Shown here piece by piece: positions 57,751 to 64,000 of a stretch of 64,000 bases of DNA. The stretch's first letter is position 1; each line of letters begins with the position of its first letter. Made by a program: the position numbers and the translations under genes. Below the pieces are notes generated by a model. The model did not search any database, was not told the DNA's origin, and saw only the letters and a program-made list of their open reading frames with translations. The DNA comes from an uncultured delta proteobacterium (GTDB taxonomy: Bacteria > Myxococcota_A > Polyangia > Polyangiales > Houyiibacteriaceae): assembly GCA_963699755.1 (NCBI GenBank), contig CAVOVB010000003.1, positions 128,001 to 192,000 of the forward strand, in the 5' to 3' direction.

Positions 57751-58929
57751 ATGGGACGCAAGGTAAACGTAATCGGAGTCGGCATGGTGCCATTCGCCAA
57801 GCCGGGCCAGAGCGAGGAGTACAACGTGATGGCCGCCAAGGCGATCAAGACGGCCTTGGCTGACGGAGGAGTCGAGTACGGCGAGGTCGAGCAGGCGGTT
57901 GCCGGCTACGTCTTCGGAGACAGCACCTGCGGGCAGCGAGCCGTGTACGACGTGGGGCTGACGGGGATTCCCGTCTACAACGTGAACAACAACTGTTCCA
58001 CCGGCTCGAGCGCCTTGATGCTAGCCAAGCAGATGGTCGAAGGCGGCATCGTCGAATGCGCGTTGGCCGTGGGTTTCGAGCAGATGCAAAAGGGTGCGCT
58101 GGCTTCCGCCTGGAACGACCGGCCCAACCCGCTCGGCCTTCATGTCAACGTGATGAACGAGACACAGGGCTTCACCTCTGCGCCGCCCGCCGCACAGATG
58201 TTTGGTGGAGCAGGGCGCGAGTACCGTTGGAAGTATGGCGCCAAGCGTGAGACCTTCGCCAAGGTCAACGCAAAGGCGCGTCAGCACGCGGCCAAGAACC
58301 CCTTCGCGCTCTTCCGGGATCTTCTCTCAGTCGAAGAGATCCTCGCCTCGCCCGAGGTCTTCGACCCGCTCACCCGCTACCAATGCTGCCCTCCGACCTG
58401 CGGCGCCGCAGCGGCGATCGTCTGCTCGGACGATTTCGCGAAAAAGAAGGGCATTTCGAATCCGGTCTACATCGCGGCACAGACCATGCGCACCGACTAC
58501 GGCTCGAGCTTCGAAGATTCGATGATCAAGATGGTCGGCTTCGACATGGCGAAGAATGCGGCGCAGGCGGTCTACGAAGAAGCGGGCATTGGTCCCGAAG
58601 ACGTCGACGTCATCGAGCTCCACGATTGCTTCACCACCAACGAGGTTCTCACCTACGAAGCGCTGGGGCTCTGCAAGGAGGGCGAAGCCGAGAAGTTCAT
58701 CGAAGATGGAGACAACACCTACGGCGGGAAGTTCGTCACGAATCCGAGCGGCGGCCTGCTCTCGAAGGGACATCCGCTCGGTGCCACGGGCCTCGCGCAG
58801 TGCACCGAGCTCGTGTGGCACCTTCGGGGGCAGGCCGAAGAACGGCAGGTCGAAGGCGCGCGGATCGCGCTCCAGCACAATCTAGGGCTCGGCGGTGCGG
58901 CAGTCGTGACCATGTACCGTCGCGACTGA
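57751..58929 (+). CDS. SCPx-type thiolase (lipid-transfer protein family)
   Basis: NVNNNCSTGS, QCCP...GAAA, ELHDCF, NPSGGLLSKGHPLGATG, QHNLGLGG. Confidence 0.93.
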   Translation: MGRKVNVIGVGMVPFAKPGQSEEYNVMAAKAIKTALADGGVEYGEVEQAVAGYVFGDSTCGQRAVYDVGLTGIPVYNVNNNCSTGSSALMLAKQMVEGGIVECALAVGFEQMQKGALASAWNDRPNPLGLHVNVMNETQGFTSAPPAAQMFGGAGREYRWKYGAKRETFAKVNAKARQHAAKNPFALFRDLLSVEEILASPEVFDPLTRYQCCPPTCGAAAAIVCSDDFAKKKGISNPVYIAAQTMRTDYGSSFEDSMIKMVGFDMAKNAAQAVYEEAGIGPEDVDVIELHDCFTTNEVLTYEALGLCKEGEAEKFIEDGDNTYGGKFVTNPSGGLLSKGHPLGATGLAQCTELVWHLRGQAEERQVEGARIALQHNLGLGGAAVVTMYRRD

Positions 58930-58942
58930 GAGGCGAATTGCG

Positions 58943-59563
58943 GTGAAGAAAGCGAGAACCGGCGAGGCCACGAAGCGAGAGCGCGTGCCTCAGGCGGAGC
59001 GGCGCCGGATCACCCGTGGAAAGCTTCTCGACGCGACCATCGAGAGCCTGATCGACCTTGGCTACCCGCGAACCACCACCGTCGAGGTCGGCGAACGGGC
59101 AGGGCTCTCGCGAGGAGCGCAGCTTCACCATTTCCCAAGCAGGGCGGACCTCTTAGTCGCCGCCATCGAGCATCTTGCCGACGAGCGCAGCAAGGAATTC
59201 GAGGCAGCGCTCAAGGAACGCCTGGACCAGGGCGATGAACCGATCGACGCCATGGTCGACATGCTCTGGGCGATGTTCTCCGACCCCCTCTACTGGGCGA
59301 CGATCGAGCTGATGGTCGCGGCGCGAACAGACCCGGAGCTCCTCGAAAAGCTGGAGGCGTTCGAGCGCAGCCTTGGTGGGCGAATCTACGCAGCGTTCAA
59401 AGAGCTGACAGGTCGGGGCGACCGCGAGGCTAGGACCGGCGTCGAAATGACGCTCTACTTCATGCGGGGCCTCGCCCTGGAGCGCATCTTTCGCAAGAAG
59501 GACGCGCACTACGGGCAGCTGGTCGAGCGCTGGAAGACGCAGCTACGCGAAATGCTGCGATGA
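58943..59563 (+). CDS. TetR/AcrR-family transcriptional regulator
   Basis: LLDATIESL...GY..TTT.EV..RAGLSRGAQLHHF HTH. Confidence 0.93.
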   Translation: MKKARTGEATKRERVPQAERRRITRGKLLDATIESLIDLGYPRTTTVEVGERAGLSRGAQLHHFPSRADLLVAAIEHLADERSKEFEAALKERLDQGDEPIDAMVDMLWAMFSDPLYWATIELMVAARTDPELLEKLEAFERSLGGRIYAAFKELTGRGDREARTGVEMTLYFMRGLALERIFRKKDAHYGQLVERWKTQLREMLR

Positions 59564-59566
59564 GCG

Positions 59567-60949
59567 CTAGTCGTACTGGGACAAAAATCTGTAGCCTTGG
59601 CCGGCGCTACGGCGTTTCAGGATTTGAATGTGCTGCACGATATCGGGCCTGTGCAGTAGCAGGTCGGCAAACTGAGCGACCGGCATTCGCAACACCAGGA
59701 CGTCGCTTGCCGCCTGCACGGTGATGAGCGACGGCGCTCGCAAGAGCAGTGATTCCTCACCGATCGCGTGCCCGAGCTCCATTTCCCCGATGCGCGTTCC
59801 ATCGGCCCTCCTACTGACGATGCGACCGTGAAGCGGAAGGTAGAGACCGTCCGCGCGTTTGTTGGCTTCGATGATCTTCGTGCCGATGAGCGCGCGTCGC
59901 ACTTCGAACAAGCAGGCGATCTGGTGCCGGGTGGTCTCGTCGAAGGCGGTGAAGATCGGATTGGTGCGAAGCAGCGAAGCGATGAGGCGGCGACAGAGGA
60001 TCTCGAGAAGCACGTCGCCAAAGGGCGGATGTAGTTCGACCAGCCGATCGAGAAGCGCTTTGTCGATTCTGAGGGTGCGGACGCGGCCGCAAGCGATGAT
60101 GTCTTCGCCGTAGCTCACGTGCGAGAGCAAGCAGGATACGCCTGCGACGTCGCCCTCGCCGAGGAGCATGCTGCGAAGGTCGGTCCCACGTTGTCCAACG
60201 ACGCTGCCCTCGACTATCACATACAGTGCGTCTGCGGCGGTCCCTGCGGTTACCAGGCGTTGTCCGTCCTCCACGTCGACTAAGGTCGAGCCCCTGACCA
60301 GAGCTTCCAGGATGCTTCGTGGAACCTCGGCGAATAGTGGCATCGAGGGGAGCTGCGCAAGCGCTTCAGGACTCGGGCGCAGGCTCACCGGTGACTCCGG
60401 ACTGAGCGGTCGTTGGAGAAGCTCGACGCCGGTCATGTCGATCCGCACGTCCGTTGTCTTCTCGGGCTTGGTGAAGCGACTCTCTTCGGCGGGCGCCCTC
60501 TGATCTCTGATCAGCGGGAGCGCATCGGTGATCAGGCTCTGCGTGTCGGTCGTAGGTTCGTCCGGGTTCAGCGGGTAGCGTTCGTCGGCCGTGACGATGA
60601 CCTTGCGGTTTTCGCGATGGAGCCGGCGCGCAGCTTCGGGGTCTACCCGTTCGAGGACATCGCCTTTGCTCGGGTCGATCGCCAAGATCACTTTGGCCAT
60701 CGCTGCAGCGCGAGCGACGAAGCCCTTGGCTGCATAGAGGTCCACAGCGCGCTCGTAGGCAGCCACGGCATCGGCCTTGCGCCCCATCCGTTGCAGAAGG
60801 TCGCCTCTTCGGTGCGACCAACGCGGCTCATCCTTCAGCTTCTTCTCGATCAGCTCGTAGATATCGAGCGCTTCGTGCAGCCGTTCGGCCTTGAGTGCCT
60901 GACTGAGCTGCGCCCGTAGGTCTACCGGCTTGCTAGGTCGCCTGAACAT
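59567..60949 (-). CDS. TPR-like N-terminus plus two cyclic-nucleotide-binding domains
   Basis: 'GDLLQRMGRKADAVAAYERA' TPR-like; two 'PLF....(G)..AD.LY...G' cNMP folds. Confidence 0.8.
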   Translation of the reverse strand: MFRRPSKPVDLRAQLSQALKAERLHEALDIYELIEKKLKDEPRWSHRRGDLLQRMGRKADAVAAYERAVDLYAAKGFVARAAAMAKVILAIDPSKGDVLERVDPEAARRLHRENRKVIVTADERYPLNPDEPTTDTQSLITDALPLIRDQRAPAEESRFTKPEKTTDVRIDMTGVELLQRPLSPESPVSLRPSPEALAQLPSMPLFAEVPRSILEALVRGSTLVDVEDGQRLVTAGTAADALYVIVEGSVVGQRGTDLRSMLLGEGDVAGVSCLLSHVSYGEDIIACGRVRTLRIDKALLDRLVELHPPFGDVLLEILCRRLIASLLRTNPIFTAFDETTRHQIACLFEVRRALIGTKIIEANKRADGLYLPLHGRIVSRRADGTRIGEMELGHAIGEESLLLRAPSLITVQAASDVLVLRMPVAQFADLLLHRPDIVQHIQILKRRSAGQGYRFLSQYD

Positions 60950-61120
60950 CCTTCCACCCCCTCGGAAGCAAATCCAAAACTCACCCTAGCGGTTTAATTC
61001 GCCGATCCCAAACCGAACCAAAATTGCCCTCGGAATGGCTTCCATTTACGGCTTGTCGCCGCTCGGGCTGCCGTTGTTCGACCACGGGGCGGGGTCGTGG
61101 GAACGACCGCCGACCTATGC

Positions 61121-62878
61121 CTAGTCGACCGCCCTCTTGAACAAGCGGAGAAAGCCGACCAGGTCGATCGCACTGCCCTCGAATCTCACGTCGCCGCGCG
61201 CAAAGGCGTCGACCGGGCTACGCAGCCCGAGCATGAGATCGCGCCAGACGGCCGAGTCTGCGGTGATGGTGAGGTCCCGGCCCTCGGGAAGGCCGTCGAT
61301 GAACTCGGCGACACCGCGCCGGATGTGGATTCCGTAGGCTCCATCGACGTCGGGGAAACGGAATCCGACCAGCATCTCCTGGTTGGCGCTCTTCTCGTAG
61401 ATGAGGTTGGCCGGCATCGCCGCGACGAAGCTGCGAATCGGAACCGTGCTGACGAACGAGAGGGCGTTCTCCGGCTTGATCTGATCGTGGATCTCGACTT
61501 TGCCTTCGAGCTCGAGCGCCTGGGTGAGGTAGTAGTTGCGCGCATTGGCGTTGACCTGGTGGCGTCCGAGAGCCCGAAGCGCGTCCGCTTTGACTTGCCG
61601 GGCCGCAGAGGAGCCGGGGTCGAGCCGAATGGAATGGCTCGCGAGCTCTGCCGCCCATGCATGCTGCTCCTCGTCGACCGCCTTGCGCGCAGCCTCTAGC
61701 AGACGGTCCGCGCCTCCCGCGAGCGCCGCCATTGCCTTGGCCCGCTCGTCCGGGCTAGCGGGCTCGAGCGTAGCGGCGTCGCCGTCGAACCATCCAAGGT
61801 AGCCGTCGAAGATTCCGCGCACCGCCCATGCGACCTTGCCGTAGTATTCCTGCAGATAGGGATGCTCCGCCAAGTGCGGCGGGAGCCGAACCAGGGCGAC
61901 TAGCTCATCGGGTTTGAGGCCTCTGTTGATGCCTTGGATCGTCTGGTCGTGCACGAACTGAATCGCGTCGCGATACGCCGTCAGCGTCTGGTACACCTCG
62001 TCTTGCCCCGAGAGCGAGCGTGTGTGGCTCGGGACGAGATGGCTGGGTTTGAGCGCCCGCATCTTGTCGATGCTCTGCGCCCAAGCGAGGACGTCGCGAT
62101 AGAGCGTCCCACGAATCGAGTAGAGGTTCGGAAAGGCCTTGTAGATGTTGTCCCCGGGCATCAACACTCCGCGCTGGGGGAGCCAGACGAAAAGCTGGTC
62201 GTTCGTCTCTCCCGGCGCATGGATCAGCCTGACCTGCACGCCGCAGATCTCGGTCTCGAGCTCGTCCGAGAAGGTCTTGGTCGGACGAATGAGCCCGAGC
62301 GTCATGTTCGAATCCAGAGTCTCCACAAAGGGTCCGAGCCCGACGTTCTCCCGCTGGTCTGGACCCGATTGCGTCAGCTCGCTCCCGAACATCCGGGAGC
62401 TCCGCACGCGGAGAATCGGCCGCAGGACGCTGACCGTTCGATTGATGTAGTGGTTCGTGGTCTCGTGCGCGTAAACGTCGATCTCGCCGTCCGGCGCAAA
62501 GGCGAGTCCGCCCATCACGTGGTCGGCATGGTTGTGCGTGTAGATCAGCGCCTCGACCGGCTTGTGCGTGATCTTGTCGAACTCCGCCTTCACTTCTTGG
62601 GCGGTTTCCATCGAACCCATCACGTCTATGATGAACACGCAGTCTTCGCCTTCGATCATGATCGAGTTGGCGATGCCGAAGCCGACTGCCTGGTAGACGC
62701 CATCGGTGACGGTGTAGACTTTGCGTTTGAACTCGTCGTTCAGGCCCTCCAGAGTCGCAATCGCTTCATCGTTGGACACCGCCGAGGAGGGTTCCCTCGG
62801 CGCCTGGGGGCGTTCGCAGGCGACGAGCAATAGAAGCAGGAGCGAGATCGGGGAGCGAAAAGCTGTACGCGACCTCAT
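61121..62878 (-). CDS. Alkyl sulfatase (SdsA1/BDS1-like, MBL fold) lipoprotein with SCP2-like C-terminus
   Basis: Lipobox LLVA-C; THNHADH, APGETNDQ, FPNLYSIRG, PSH, YYG, YLGWFDG. Confidence 0.9.
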   Translation of the reverse strand: MRSRTAFRSPISLLLLLLVACERPQAPREPSSAVSNDEAIATLEGLNDEFKRKVYTVTDGVYQAVGFGIANSIMIEGEDCVFIIDVMGSMETAQEVKAEFDKITHKPVEALIYTHNHADHVMGGLAFAPDGEIDVYAHETTNHYINRTVSVLRPILRVRSSRMFGSELTQSGPDQRENVGLGPFVETLDSNMTLGLIRPTKTFSDELETEICGVQVRLIHAPGETNDQLFVWLPQRGVLMPGDNIYKAFPNLYSIRGTLYRDVLAWAQSIDKMRALKPSHLVPSHTRSLSGQDEVYQTLTAYRDAIQFVHDQTIQGINRGLKPDELVALVRLPPHLAEHPYLQEYYGKVAWAVRGIFDGYLGWFDGDAATLEPASPDERAKAMAALAGGADRLLEAARKAVDEEQHAWAAELASHSIRLDPGSSAARQVKADALRALGRHQVNANARNYYLTQALELEGKVEIHDQIKPENALSFVSTVPIRSFVAAMPANLIYEKSANQEMLVGFRFPDVDGAYGIHIRRGVAEFIDGLPEGRDLTITADSAVWRDLMLGLRSPVDAFARGDVRFEGSAIDLVGFLRLFKRAVD

Positions 62879-63999
62879 GGCTTTGGCGTCTCGGCACGGG
62901 CCGCGTTCGCCTCACCGAGACGCAAGTGCATGACCCCGGCAAAGGCCGCGAAAATCGGATCGCCATTGGGCAGGACCTGCAAGGCCAACATGATGGGGTT
63001 ATAGCGCTCGCTTGTCCCGAGGGTATACACCGCGCGTGTTGCGCCGGTGTCCCAGTCGAGCGTTTGCATCGTCCATTGCCCGTCCTTGAGCCCGACTGTG
63101 TGAAGCTGCCGATTCAGGGTCGTGACAACCGGGGTGCTGTTGGGGCTCGAGACATCAGGCCGGGTCCAAGCAACTTCCCATTCGCGCTTTTCCCGGTCCC
63201 ACTGGAATTTCTGCACGCCGTAAGGCGTGCGCGCCGGGTCCTTCATTTTGAGCTGCACGTCGAGCATCATCTTCTCGTTGGTCTTGACCTGGTTGTTTGC
63301 GAGGACCGCGCCGTAGTCGAAGATGGTCGCCGAGTTCTCGGAATACGAGTTGTCGAGCGCCGGGTCGCCGAAGTTCACCGGGAGCAGGCCCGCGATGCGA
63401 CGACTGCTCGTTCCGGGAATTTGCTTCCAGTCCGAGGGAATCCCGTCGCGCCAGTAGAGGATCAGGTTGTTCACGTTGGCGGCGTCGGCGAAGACGACGA
63501 ACCTGTCTTTGTCATCGGGCCCACCCATGAGCGCCGGTGTCGTGCCCGAGCCGCGTTCCGCTCTCAAGGTCGCATCGAGGGAGCCAATCTCGTAAGCCTC
63601 GACCCAGGCACCATCCTTCGGGTCGTCGCTGAACCGGTTGCCCTTCCAGATGAGCTTATGGAGCTTTCTGGTCCCTGGGACGTAAACGCCACCACGCTCA
63701 TCCACGGCGATGCTGTTCCAGATCTGTTCACCGGGCAGATTGTAGTAGACGGCCTTGCTGAGGTCCGGGTCAATCGCGACGACCGTTCCATCGATGGTCA
63801 CCGCGATGATATGACCGTCAGGCGCGACGTTCATCCCAATCATGATCGGAAGCGGCATCTTCAGCCCAAGCTGGAGCTTCAGCTTCTCGAAGACGTACTG
63901 CCCGAGCTTCACGATCGACGAGTCGGGCTTTCCGGGCTCCGCATCGCCGTAGGCGACGACGCCGTTGCGATTGCTCACGTACAGGATTCCCTTGTTGCT
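62875..63999 (-). CDS. Hypothetical protein, possibly beta-propeller (5' truncated by window edge)
   Basis: Frame open to the window end; 'NSIAVDE.GGVY' and 'GSGTTP.LMG' motifs; stop overlaps the sulfatase ATG. Confidence 0.65.
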   Translation of the reverse strand, partial: SNKGILYVSNRNGVVAYGDAEPGKPDSSIVKLGQYVFEKLKLQLGLKMPLPIMIGMNVAPDGHIIAVTIDGTVVAIDPDLSKAVYYNLPGEQIWNSIAVDERGGVYVPGTRKLHKLIWKGNRFSDDPKDGAWVEAYEIGSLDATLRAERGSGTTPALMGGPDDKDRFVVFADAANVNNLILYWRDGIPSDWKQIPGTSSRRIAGLLPVNFGDPALDNSYSENSATIFDYGAVLANNQVKTNEKMMLDVQLKMKDPARTPYGVQKFQWDREKREWEVAWTRPDVSSPNSTPVVTTLNRQLHTVGLKDGQWTMQTLDWDTGATRAVYTLGTSERYNPIMLALQVLPNGDPIFAAFAGVMHLRLGEANAARAETPKP

Positions 64000-64000
64000 C

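Overview
High-GC bacterial DNA, most consistent with a myxobacterium (inferred from the Cys-rich/Kazal lipoproteins, a TPR-cNMP protein, a sigma54 activator and an MFE-2/SCPx pair). Bases 1-22.9 kb hold most of a type VI secretion system in two convergent arms: tssK-L-M-tagF-tssA-B-C on +, and sigma54 activator-tssE-F-G-clpV-fha-lipoprotein on -. No hcp, vgrG, PAAR or tssJ is visible in the window. Between the arms is an unusual module: a membrane-anchored VanW-family gene divergent from an apparent fusion of an ECF-sigma-like region, a catalytically dead Hanks kinase and a TM helix. TssA carries a tandem duplication of its N-terminal domain. Bases 23-38 kb hold Cys-rich surface lipoproteins (one behind a near-consensus sigma54 promoter), a GH106 glycosidase and lipid-type enzymes. 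Bases 38.5-53.5 kb are a LysR-linked catabolic island whose two operons share a 31-bp operator/promoter module. Bases 53.5-64 kb hold a class II photolyase, a TetR-linked MFE-2 + SCPx-thiolase operon resembling peroxisomal beta-oxidation, a cNMP-binding protein and an alkyl sulfatase. I saw no rRNA, tRNA, CRISPR array or mobile element. All calls come from manual motif recognition, with no database searches.
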